A DNA stretch of 63,847 bases, the filler included, from Craspedostauros australis (lineage: Eukaryota), in the NCBI GenBank assembly GCA_030167865.1. It is 10 parts of 10 records of this genome, joined end to end, with 100 filler letters (N's around TTAATTAATTAA, not from the genome) between each part and the next. Parts side by side here need not be neighbours in the genome. Positions count along the whole stretch, not along the records: positions 28,304 to 36,693 come from JALAGF010006073.1; positions 36,794 to 41,992 come from JALAGF010006074.1; positions 42,093 to 55,495 come from JALAGF010006075.1; 7 more parts are not named here. One strand, 5' to 3'. Below the pieces are notes generated by a model. That model was given only the letters and a program-made list of their open reading frames with translations. It was not told the origin of the DNA and did no database searches. This document shows positions 34,001 through 42,874 of the stretch, piece after piece. Within the stretch, counting starts at the first letter, position 1; each line of letters begins with the position of its first letter. The position numbers and the translations under genes are program-made.

Positions 34001-36545
34001 CTGGGCGGCACGCATCCGAGCGTCTCGCATCACCCGACAAGACACAGAGGTGGCTATCAAATCCGTACTTTGGCCATCGCTGCAATACTCGTCTCCGGCA
34101 ACCACAATGTCCACAGACCAATGGAACAAAGTGATGAGCACAGCACTCACGACCGCACTGCCGGCCATGGGAATCGCCCGCACCATTGCACGCCAGTACG
34201 TGTTCGGCCACAAAGACGCCATGGGAATGGGAGTACTGCACCTGTACACAGCCCAGGTGACGTCTCACTTGGAAATGGTTCTCAAGCACTTTGAACGCCC
34301 CACAGAAACAGGACGACTACTACGCACCTCACTGCATCATCTCGAGCTGTGGACGGGATTGCCGGGGCTACTTCAACAGCATGAGAAAGCGTGGGGAAAC
34401 TGGACCTGCTCCGGGTGGTGGCAAAACACATTCAAATCGGCGTCCAAGCTCGGCATCCAGATGACAGACCAATCCCACCCATCCAAAATCCCCCGGACCG
34501 GAGACAGCCCCATCATGAACCTCGCCATCACTTCCGGCCTCCATCGACAGACTCTGGCGCTCGCCAACGTTGCTCGACTACACCTGCGAGTGCTCTGGCT
34601 GTCAGACATCTCCACGGCCGACGGAAGTCAGATACGACCGACGATCCTACAACGCGAAAGGCTGCCATCGAGAGGCATCACCTGGCCCAGCGTTGGCAAG
34701 GTCACCAAGTCGGCGTGGGAGGCGTGGGAAGCGGTCCTATCAACAGTGGCGGCCCCAGACCAGCCAGGATGGCACCTACGGACCCAACTCGGGCCATGGC
34801 AAGGCGCGCCGGCAGGGCGTGACACCCAACTACCGGATGGCACCATCTCCCCCTTCGACCGACCGGCCCCAGCAGCGGCCACGGACCCTCGCCCGGCCCT
34901 CGTGGTTGACCGCGCTCTTCGCAGATCCGGCATGGCCATCACATCCAGCGGGAGAATCGACAGATCGCCAACGCCCGCCACCATACGAGAATGGCTGCAT
35001 CGGAAAGGCCCCGCAGCGGAGGCAATGCTCCCCGATATACACATCCGAGGCGATGTCCATGCAATAGTTCGGTCCATCGCAGCCGGCACCTGTGTGGCAT
35101 GCAGCGATGCCTCGGCCAAAGACCACAAAGGATCTGCCGCGGCTATCATCCAGAGCGGCCTGCAGGACGATGCGCACCAGATCGTGGCGACAGCCGCCGT
35201 TCCCGAGGGCTCTCACCCAACCGACTCCAACAGAGCGGAGCTTGCGGGGGTCCTCATATCCATTTGGCTCATCACCTCGGTAGCAGAGTGGTCCGACATC
35301 CAAGGTAGCGCCACCGTCGCCTNNNNNNNNNNNNNNNNNNNNNNNNNNNNNNNNNNNNNNNNNNNNNNNNNNNNNNNNNNNNNNNNNNNNNNNNNNNNNN
35401 NNNNNNNNNNNNNNNNNNNNNNNNNNNNNNNNNNNNNNNNNNNNNNNNNNNNNNNNNNNNNNNNNNNNNNNNNNNNNNNNNNNNNNNNNNNNNNNNNNNN
35501 CCTCGCCGACGGCTATGCAGGGTACCACTGGGATCGGTTCTATGCAAGCAGCTCCCGAGCCCCAGCAATGGTGGTGCCTACGGAAGGATGGACCCTAAGC
35601 ACCGCTGCCGGTCCCCTCACCGATCTCGACTACTGGACAGTCTCGTCTCTCATCGACGATGGCGGCATCAAAAAGAAGTGGTGCGAAAGATGGGGAGCCT
35701 CCAGCCCGACGAACGTAGATTGGGAGCCCATGCGCTCGGTCTCCCGGAGATGGAGCGGAGGCAAGCGGCGAACGTTGCTCAAGCTCATGACGGGCACCGG
35801 CGCCAGTGGCAAGAACATGCAGCGACGCCAGCAGGAGCAATCCGCAGAATGCCCCAGGTGCGGCAGGCCGGAAGACAACACACACATCCTCATGTGTCCC
35901 AGCGCTGCGAGCCAGTCCATTTGGGCCAAAGCCATCCTCAAAGTGCGGTCAATCGTGAGACCGCCCACCACCCCACCCGAAGTCGCCCAGCTAGTTTGCA
36001 CGGCAATCAAGCGCATCACATCTGGAGGCATTCCTCCCTCAGGCATAAGGACGTCGCCCACTCAGAACATCCAGGTGAGACAGGCCAACATCGGTTGGGT
36101 AGCTCTAATCTGGGGCGGCTGGTCCACCTCGTGGCGAGACCAGGCCCCTCCAATGGCTCCTCACCGGAGACGACGTGCTCCCAAGCTGCTCCGAGACTGG
36201 CAAGTGAGCATCACAAACCTCATGTGGCATACCGTCCTGCAACAGTGGCATGACCGCAACGAAACCAAGGCGGAGCAGACGTCGCAAGGCATGACGGCTC
36301 TCCTTCAACAACAGCTTCACCGCCTCCGTACAACACCCACCGACGCGATCCCAGCAGTGCTGCGACCGCTATGGTCCAACCCACCAGCAACAGCCCAAAT
36401 CGCCGCCCTAGTCCCGTGGGTCCAAGCGATGCAACAAGGACTCGGCCTCGCGGCACCGGACATCCCGACCGTACTCACCAACTGGATGAAAAACCAGCGA
36501 CGTCGCCACCGAGCACCAGCCACTCGCCCCTCGAACCCAGCCTGA
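30999..36545 (+). CDS. LINE ORF2: AP endonuclease, reverse transcriptase, RNase H, CCHC zinc finger
   Basis: APE ATLNVG, MMTEVG, IIGGDVN, PIDGIW, DHRMVW; RT SGPSG, SNDAKGCYDRI, QGLVQG, AYVDDT, KYLG; RNH CSDAS, SNRAEL, LAD; CPRC..EDNTHILMC. One N gap at 35323-35500. Confidence 0.93.
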   Translation: MIGSHRRAQSSPDTDGPNTPGNSSSDESNLQQQHLGQTTNQKANTQIRIATLNVGSLPTDPTDPKNDDLWQTIRQHHIDILMMTEVGINWSKTPSDSTLARRADRQLRMAKIATAHCHTDSDSPRQWGGTAVLSHGNIAGRVLSSSNDPGKCGRWASVLLQGRQGIKVRIASVYVPTKSTQTSGTVYNQQAVKAAQRQSTLDPIDLLIADLQAQIARWQQAGETVIIGGDVNMDVRRSKITNMLLAEGLQEHHTNNIRHPYATMIRNRRRTPIDGIWATNDVQPNQMGLTPYGSWDHRMVWFDISTNHLFGHTKQPTPPFRGRRLQLSQPTTVRRYVQVYESQANSLHLLERAQSLNQAVSNDQMTPLQIQTLEKIDNDRTQAILQAERKCRKIKAGKVPFSPIVSKLRWEHQFWTLSIKRRQGHNIKGRTIDKAKKKAHIQQRTKHMTTAEMHRHRNAAWKAYQQEKKHATEHRRSFLADDEDEVANTGGDTAKYRAQLLQREETKATYRRIRWSLQADDSNAQVSMVIDDGPGGENNLLTAGEEVARACCKTNIDKYSQAWQAEVCQRPLKRSLGRFGSSPAATAILNGIIPSQIRNNTSDTLHSLRRPQRATPWPPDLLHISQEDHSRGWARIKESTSSGPSGIHFGCWKVNATIPALATIDSIMRAIPYRTGYSLKRWQQCIDIQLRKKPGNLAVTKTRTIGLMEGDFNMNNRLLGKQARSHAESNLTLATEQFGSRKAHTAQEVLLNTVLIDDIARITGAHYAICSNDAKGCYDRIAHPIFSLALQRQGVPTAPITSTLRTLQSMTHRIRTSAGTSVSSYSGKQRHNYLQGLVQGLGSAPTGWLLISSAIIDSMRARGYGLNLPDPITRDGHTIMGTAYVDDTNIMQSLPPTTPNEQAQSFQAAVDHWDGLLTATGGALEPSKSFWQLIRFKWQRTKWVYDNKMPTTNVCMNTPTGERTQLALTGPRSASKYLGMVSRRDGRQSEHTQYLLQKSLTWAARIRASRITRQDTEVAIKSVLWPSLQYSSPATTMSTDQWNKVMSTALTTALPAMGIARTIARQYVFGHKDAMGMGVLHLYTAQVTSHLEMVLKHFERPTETGRLLRTSLHHLELWTGLPGLLQQHEKAWGNWTCSGWWQNTFKSASKLGIQMTDQSHPSKIPRTGDSPIMNLAITSGLHRQTLALANVARLHLRVLWLSDISTADGSQIRPTILQRERLPSRGITWPSVGKVTKSAWEAWEAVLSTVAAPDQPGWHLRTQLGPWQGAPAGRDTQLPDGTISPFDRPAPAAATDPRPALVVDRALRRSGMAITSSGRIDRSPTPATIREWLHRKGPAAEAMLPDIHIRGDVHAIVRSIAAGTCVACSDASAKDHKGSAAAIIQSGLQDDAHQIVATAAVPEGSHPTDSNRAELAGVLISIWLITSVAEWSDIQGSATVAXXXXXXXXXXXXXXXXXXXXXXXXXXXXXXXXXXXXXXXXXXXXXXXXXXXXXXXXXXXXLADGYAGYHWDRFYASSSRAPAMVVPTEGWTLSTAAGPLTDLDYWTVSSLIDDGGIKKKWCERWGASSPTNVDWEPMRSVSRRWSGGKRRTLLKLMTGTGASGKNMQRRQQEQSAECPRCGRPEDNTHILMCPSAASQSIWAKAILKVRSIVRPPTTPPEVAQLVCTAIKRITSGGIPPSGIRTSPTQNIQVRQANIGWVALIWGGWSTSWRDQAPPMAPHRRRRAPKLLRDWQVSITNLMWHTVLQQWHDRNETKAEQTSQGMTALLQQQLHRLRTTPTDAIPAVLRPLWSNPPATAQIAALVPWVQAMQQGLGLAAPDIPTVLTNWMKNQRRRHRAPATRPSNPA

Positions 36546-37701
36546 TGCTGACCCGACCTCAGAGCAGACGCCTCCACACACCGACACCTAGTGTCAATCC
36601 GTTCCCGCTGCGTGCATACACGTTGAATCAACGAGGCGGAATAAAAGCGCCCTCGGCGCATGACTTAACAGTTATAATCCGTGTGTTATATATNNNNNNN
36701 NNNNNNNNNNNNNNNNNNNNNNNNNNNNNNNNNNNNNTTAATTAATTAANNNNNNNNNNNNNNNNNNNNNNNNNNNNNNNNNNNNNNNNNNNNGACAACA
36801 GCTTTATTCGCACTTCGCTGATCCGTTTAACGGTGTTATGAATGTTGATGATACCATTCTTGTCGTGGATGGTGTTTGATTCTCTTTTCTTGGTGGAGCA
36901 AGGACAATCCAGCAGATCACAAGAAAGCATTCCCCACGCCAGAAATAATTGGTGCCACCTCTCCGTTTCCAAAGTCGCCCCACAAAATCAAAAAGGACAA
37001 CGATGAACTTCTCTTTTTCACCATCCAACAGCATGGCTGGACACCATCACCACAATCAACAGCCAACCCCTCCGTCCTCTTGCAACTATGTTCAACCTAC
37101 CAACGCAAATCGCCCAACATCAGGAGCGAAGATGATGCTCAGAGGCCTGAGAGCCCAAGCCGAGCCAACGAAGAACCTGCAGTTTGGGATTCGTCCCACA
37201 ACGATCAGCACTGCACCCTCTGCCGTCAACAGCACTCACAAGAAGGCGCTCAGCCCACCATTTTTGGGCCTCCCAGGCGGTCACTTCTTCGACATCAACC
37301 AGCGCCATCTTCATGAGCAAGACAGCAGCCACATCGAGCTCTCTTTTCGCGCAGCATTCGCCTCTATCGACAAGCTGGTCGATACGAGCAGCCTGATTGC
37401 ATTCTACCTCGATGGGTGCTTCTCTGGTGTCTGCTTCATCTGCGGTCATATCTTCTGGCTACTCGCATATGCAGCCTTCTTGCTGTTTGTGCACTTCATC
37501 ATCGTTGCGAAGACAGCAGGCTTCGTCATTTCCTTTGTGAGAGGAATCATCATCGTGCTCGCAAATGCTCTCTTTCGTGGTCGACTCGCACGCACTCACG
37601 CCTGTCACTAAGATACCAAAATGGAGCAGCAACCAATGACAAGCAGGACCAATACATTCTAGAATCCGTTGATAAAGTAGTCAGATCGAGTCTAGTTTAA
37701 C

Positions 37702-38232
37702 CTATCCTCTTGTTGTCATGCGTTCTGCCTTTTCTCGTTTCATTTGCAACTGGTTGTTGAACTTCTGCGCTTTCACTTGTTGATAGAGGTGCTGTTTGAA
37801 CTGCTTCAAATCAAATGCAGCGTACTCCTGTCGGCTTGCCTTGAGCTCGGCCGGTGTCATATGCAAATGTTTCAGTAGCTTTACATCCTCAACAAGCATG
37901 CGCTTGGCAAGGGACAAGTGCATGACAGGCTTCCCGTGAACGTCTCGTGGTTGCTGAGGATGCAGCTTGCGGTCGCGTTCGAGCGCACGCAACTCGATTG
38001 CAGACCGGTCGCGATGCTTGCTCAGCCGCTTCTCAAACGTCTTGAAGTACTTCGCAAACACGGCTTGCGTCATTCCTGGGACTCTGAATTGATGCAATGC
38101 ACNATAGTGCACCCACGCCTCGTCCACAGATACATCCTTCTCATGGAATATGCCGCCAATNTCGAANTCATTCTTGATCATTGCGCTTGCTGGATTGCTG
38201 CGCCAGGTGAACTTCGGCGTGTTGGATGCCAT
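37702..38232 (-). CDS. Small helical protein with two imperfect internal repeats (candidate Myb/trihelix-like transposase partner)
   Basis: 176-aa ATG ORF; WRSNPASAMIK...F versus MHLSLAKRMLVED...F repeats; basic and helical. The function is an inference. Confidence 0.55.
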   Translation of the reverse strand: MASNTPKFTWRSNPASAMIKNXFXIGGIFHEKDVSVDEAWVHYXALHQFRVPGMTQAVFAKYFKTFEKRLSKHRDRSAIELRALERDRKLHPQQPRDVHGKPVMHLSLAKRMLVEDVKLLKHLHMTPAELKASRQEYAAFDLKQFKQHLYQQVKAQKFNNQLQMKREKAERMTTRG

Positions 38233-38828
38233 CCTTGCTGCTTGCTGACGATGTGACTTGCGAAATTTCGAATGTGTGATGTTTCCCGATCATGTCCATC
38301 ATCTCTGTCCAACATCAGCGTCAGCACTCATACCAATCACAGCACGCATGCAACTTCTTGGTACCAGCGGTCCAACATGTGTTGCTGTGTTCGTCACTGC
38401 AAGTTCAAATACAACATATCTTCGAGTTGCGTCCTGTCATCCTCCGCTGTCATCATACCATCCAATCGCCAGCAATATCCCATTTCATTCTTGCCGCCTT
38501 TGCTCGAATCTGGATCTGCATGAAGCTGGATAGTGTCTCATGTGTTTCGCAGCACTTCAATTTTGATCTTGTGTGATAGTCTCGTCGACAGTATTGCACA
38601 TGAACAACATCGCACAGAAATCGCAATACTCAGGCTGGTGATTTGGTTTGGATGCCATGCAAAAGCGCGCAGCCATCCAAGGATCCTTCTTCCGTTCAAG
38701 TTCGGTGGGAAATAGGGTTCGAAGCCAGCATTGGTCCCACCATCAGCTTTTGATTTGATGGGCGAGCAAGCCACACTGGTAACTTGCATGAAGCCGAGGT
38801 GGAACCCAGCTGATGATGAGCTCCTTGC

Positions 38829-38955
38829 TCAACACAGAGCATCAACACAGAGCATCAACACAGAGCATCAACACAGAGCATCAACACAGAGCATCAACAC
38901 AGAGCATCAACACAGAGCATCAACACAGAGCATCAACACAGAGCATCAACACAGA
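38829..38955. repeat. 13-bp minisatellite (TCAACACAGAGCA), ~10 copies
   Basis: Perfect tandem array read directly. Confidence 0.95.
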
Positions 38956-39014
38956 AAACAGCGACGATTCGACTTGTGGCATCAGAACGAACAGGTATCA
39001 TCACATAATCTTGG

Positions 39015-40319
39015 ATGATGCAAACCATCGACAATACTAAAAATCAACGTAAGTCTTTGAGTCGGAGCGTCGCACTTGCTGTCGAACGTACAGGCAAAAT
39101 GAGAAAAGCAATCAGATTTGCCAGAGAGGTCTGTGATAAGAACACATCAGTGTTTGGTCTACCAGGAAGTCAACTTCGTGTCCAAAGCAGCCGTCAGTTC
39201 TCCTTATTGAAGAGGCGAACCATCACAAGCTACATGTCGTTCTTGGAGAAGACTCACATCCAGCCAGGTGAGGGGACCCTTGGCGAGCTCACGGATGACA
39301 GCAGCGATGACATCAGCGACCTTGTGGACAGCCTCACCGATGCACTTGACTCCATCTCGCTGCACTCATCTACTGCTTCTTCGTCTGCAGCTTCTTCATC
39401 AGCTGCTCTGTCAGCCAAAAACGCCACCCCCGCGCAAACACAGCAATCCAACGCCACCACGATGAATGTTAATACTCTTTCCACCCCATGCAAGACAGTG
39501 ATCATTGAAAGCAAGCAATCAGAGACACCACAGCGTGTTCAAGTTGCTGAGGCAGCCTTCGCTTCCCCAGTTCCAGCGTTCTCTTCGCCGGTTCCAATCT
39601 TCGCGTCACCTGTCTTGACCCCGCATGGACATCGGAACAAGCACATCGAGCAAGACCCGATGCTTGCTTCTTTGTTCAACAATGCTGATGATGGCACCAA
39701 GGCGAATCCGTACAAGATCCCTGTCAACCTCGACTTCCCTGAGCGCAATGGACGTTTCCTCATTGATCTTGTCAATGACATGGGTGTGAAGAGCAGAAAT
39801 TTCTCTGGGTATCACATCCGAGTCCCTTCTTCGATCCACGACTTCGACAAGTGGACTGCGACAGTCCCTGTCGACATGCCATTGGTCGCCAATCGTGCCC
39901 TCGTGATTCGCGGACCCAGCACTTACGGCTGGCATCGCAATCCGCACGACTTCTACTTAACCGACGAAGAAGCTGGGAGNGCAAGAATTGCGCTTGGATC
40001 CACCATGGCAAGCATCGAAGGATCGGAGCATCGGAAGTACTCCTACTGGCTTCTCATTTTCCCTGCTGGTGTTGCGTTCGACCACAACGTCTTCGAAAAA
40101 CTCACAGACAACGCCATCCGCACTCACATCTCTGTGCAAGAGGCTGACGAAACCGCAACTGAGCTTGGATGTGTCACTTATGGAGCATCGGCATACTGGA
40201 AAGTCGTGGTGCAAGGCGGTCGCTTGAATGCCAAGCCTGCTGCGAAGGGCATGAAGAATTATCTCGCCATGTTGAAGGCGAAGAAGACTGGCAGTGGAAA
40301 TGGCGACGGCGACGTCTAG
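39015..40319 (+). CDS. Hypothetical protein (434 aa)
   Basis: Intact ORF: basic N-terminal helices, an S/P-rich linker with three (F/A)xSPV repeats, and a globular C-terminal domain starting DGTKANPY..DFPERN. Confidence 0.65.
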   Translation: MMQTIDNTKNQRKSLSRSVALAVERTGKMRKAIRFAREVCDKNTSVFGLPGSQLRVQSSRQFSLLKRRTITSYMSFLEKTHIQPGEGTLGELTDDSSDDISDLVDSLTDALDSISLHSSTASSSAASSSAALSAKNATPAQTQQSNATTMNVNTLSTPCKTVIIESKQSETPQRVQVAEAAFASPVPAFSSPVPIFASPVLTPHGHRNKHIEQDPMLASLFNNADDGTKANPYKIPVNLDFPERNGRFLIDLVNDMGVKSRNFSGYHIRVPSSIHDFDKWTATVPVDMPLVANRALVIRGPSTYGWHRNPHDFYLTDEEAGXARIALGSTMASIEGSEHRKYSYWLLIFPAGVAFDHNVFEKLTDNAIRTHISVQEADETATELGCVTYGASAYWKVVVQGGRLNAKPAAKGMKNYLAMLKAKKTGSGNGDGDV

Positions 40320-40330
40320 GTAGTAGTTGG

Positions 40331-40395
40331 CACAGCACAGCACAGCACAACACAGCACAACACAGCACAACACAGCACAACACAGCACAACACAG
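40331..40395. repeat. (CACAG/CACAA)n microsatellite
   Basis: About 13 pentamer units read directly. Confidence 0.9.
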
Positions 40396-40545
40396 AACAA
40401 GAGCAGCTGCAATTGGAACTGCAGCATCAACGTAACAGGATAATGAGTGAACATGTGTAGTATTGTATTGATTGGTATGTTGCCTAGTTTAGTGTCCTAC
40501 TGATATGGTGGGGTTGGTGTTGNNNNNNGCTCTGCCTTGTGTCCA

Positions 40546-41030
40546 TCAGGCCATGCCCGGATTGCGAGGGATTTCATCAACACCAACGAAGCGATGATCC
40601 GCGTCATCGCCAAGCTGTACACGGATTTGCGAGGCTTGCTTCATCTTCCGAATAAGAATGTTTTGGAATCCTCCGATATCCCCAGTGTCAAGGATGTTGC
40701 ACTCGCACATCGCCATAGCAAGCTTGTCAACCAGCTTGTTGATATCAGCATGCTGTTGCAAGATCGCCTCGACTTTGTTCTCTGGGATCTTGCGGCGCTT
40801 GACGTTGTCCTTGNNNNNNNNNNNNNNNNNNNNNNNNNNNNNNNNNNNNNNNNNNNNNNNNNNCGCTTGACGTTGTCCTTGCTGATCGCGGTTGCCTTCA
40901 GATGCCCGTTGTCCAATTGCAAGATAACCGGAATGCGAGTCTTTGTTCGTGCCTTCTGGGTATTCACCCACCCAATAAGGCCTTTGTACTTGCCACCAAC
41001 GGCTGTGATTGGTTTTCCTTTCATTACCAT
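40546..41030 (-). CDS. Small hypothetical protein (~138 aa) with KOW-like N-terminus
   Basis: MVMKGKPITAVGGKYKGLIGWV. Collapsing the 18-bp duplication around the 50-N gap (40796-40813 = 40864-40881) gives one 417-nt ORF. Confidence 0.6.
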
Positions 41031-41488
41031 GTTGTTCTGGAAGAGATGAACTATGGCATCATCATCTGTGCCAACATGTTGACAACAGCAACAGTAACAG
41101 CAACGCGACCAGTCACGATGCTCGTGGTTGGCAACTCGCGAACACGGGGCCCAACGAGTAACAGTAACAGCGATTGAATTTGATTTCGCGGGTTTGAGAC
41201 ATGTCGCCAAAGGGGTTGGCTCGATTACTTCTCTGTGTACGAGTATGATCACATGTTGCTGTTTGCTTTCGTGCGCGCTGGCAATTTCGTGGCGTTCGGT
41301 TGTTTTGATCGATCGCATCGCCATCGGTTGTAGCGTTCATGGCACGCTGTTGATTCTTCAACCAGAAGTGCAAGTTGTACAACTACCGTCAGCATTAGCA
41401 TAAAGAGCAGCAAGAGGAACATCAGACTTCGCAACAACAGCAACAGCAACAGCAACGAAGACAATCATCGCGCGACGACTACAGCAGC

Positions 41489-41992
41489 ATGTTTTTGAGC
41501 CCAAACACTGTTCTCACGCTCGGGCTTCAGCTGGTGGGGATTGAACACACCGAACAAACATCAAACCGCACTCTTGTCAAACTCTTCCGACAACATTACG
41601 GTTCCAATCCGCTTGATGTTGCTGAGATCTGGTTTGACTTGTGTCATACGACGATCTCTGCAGCTGCGATTGGCACGAAAGAGCAAACAATGAAAGGGTT
41701 CACATTCTATATGATTGCTCTCTATTATCTGTGGCTCTATCCAAAGAACTCGGGCGTCATCGTTTCCCGTTTCGGTATCTGTGAGCGGTATGCCCGAGGC
41801 GAAGCAGTTTGGAACTGGATCAAACGCATCGCAGCATTGCGCGCAAAGAAGATCGTCTGGACCAAGTCGTTGGACCACCCCAATTCAGCCATTTTCGCAG
41901 TGACGGTTGATGGCACTGATTTCCGCACGTGGGAACCCAAGCACCCAACACTGCCAGTGGACCGAGCGCAGTTCTCTCACAAATTTAATCAT
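41489..41992 (+). CDS. PIF/Harbinger-ISL2EU-type (DDE_Tnp_4) transposase, N-terminal part, cut by contig end
   Basis: IALYYLWLYP helix-turn-helix-like region, first catalytic motif VTVDGTDF, FSHKFNH. Confidence 0.8.
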
Positions 41993-42092
41993 NNNNNNNN
42001 NNNNNNNNNNNNNNNNNNNNNNNNNNNNNNNNNNNNTTAATTAATTAANNNNNNNNNNNNNNNNNNNNNNNNNNNNNNNNNNNNNNNNNNNN

Positions 42093-42562
42093 TCTCGACC
42101 TAACCCACGTTTGGGAACAGATGGCAGTCATTGAAGGGAATCCTTGGATCCCTGGGTCATGGAAAAACAAGGGTCCCGATGACCACAGTCACCCAAACTG
42201 TTGCCCGCCAAAATCTTGGTGGCTGAACAAGACTGAGGTTGTGAGGGACCAGCACCCAACAGGATCGTGCAACAGCACCCTTTGCCTCATCACCCCTTGA
42301 CAAAAAGGATCCCCTCCCACAGTACTCAGGCTATGCGACCTGTACATCCAGTCACTTAGAGCAGCATGGGAGGCCCTCCCTGACAAGAAGAATCATAGCA
42401 ATAACTCTCATAATTCGCACGTTTCTTTACCCATCAATAGTACTCTCAATCAACTACTTGTGATCAGAAGACACTCGTTCAGACCTACTTGCCAATCAAG
42501 CCTCTGCACACAGCTAACAACAAAGCCAACAAAACCTCAGCCATTATGTTTGGGCTCTGTTA
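42093..42562 (+). repeat. 5' LTR (left end cut by contig start)
   Basis: About 5 mismatches seen over 470 bp versus 51675-52144; ends GCTCTGTTA. Confidence 0.9.
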
Positions 42563-42575
42563 GATTAACAGTTGC
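42563..42575 (+). promoter_or_regulatory. Putative primer-binding site complementary to the tRNA-Asn(GTT) anticodon arm
   Basis: GATTAACAGTTGC abuts the LTR; its reverse complement GCAACT-GTT-AATC resembles a tRNA anticodon stem-loop. Confidence 0.6.
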
Positions 42576-42874
42576 AAAAGATTGTCAAGCTCTTAGACCA
42601 TTGCAAAATGACTCTTTCCAACCATGTCAAACTCTCCAACCAGCCACCTCCCAAGAGGAAGCCAGGAGACCCGACCCAAGCCTTCAAGACCATCCCCAAG
42701 GACCTGAAGGATCCCAGCCTCTCTGCCATCCTCAATGGCACACCAAGTACCCCAACAGATGGATCCTCATTGCTCTCCTTCATGGAGATTGGGAAGGACT
42801 TCATCGAAGTCATCTTCCGACACCCCATCATTGTCAATGCATGGGACTGAAAGGAAAAGACCTACGACTCCAAA

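Larger units (their letters stand above)
28304..36693 (+). mobile_element. Near full-length non-LTR retrotransposon, Ambal-like (ORF1 + APE-RT-RNase H-zinc finger ORF2)
   Basis: A-rich 5' leader, two long overlapping ORFs, ~150-bp 3' UTR ending TTATATAT at the contig end. The clade label is inferred from domain order and motifs. Confidence 0.85.

Noticed and set aside
38829..38955. Possible CRISPR array
   Set aside because: Contiguous identical 13-mers with no spacers and no cas genes, in a eukaryotic context.
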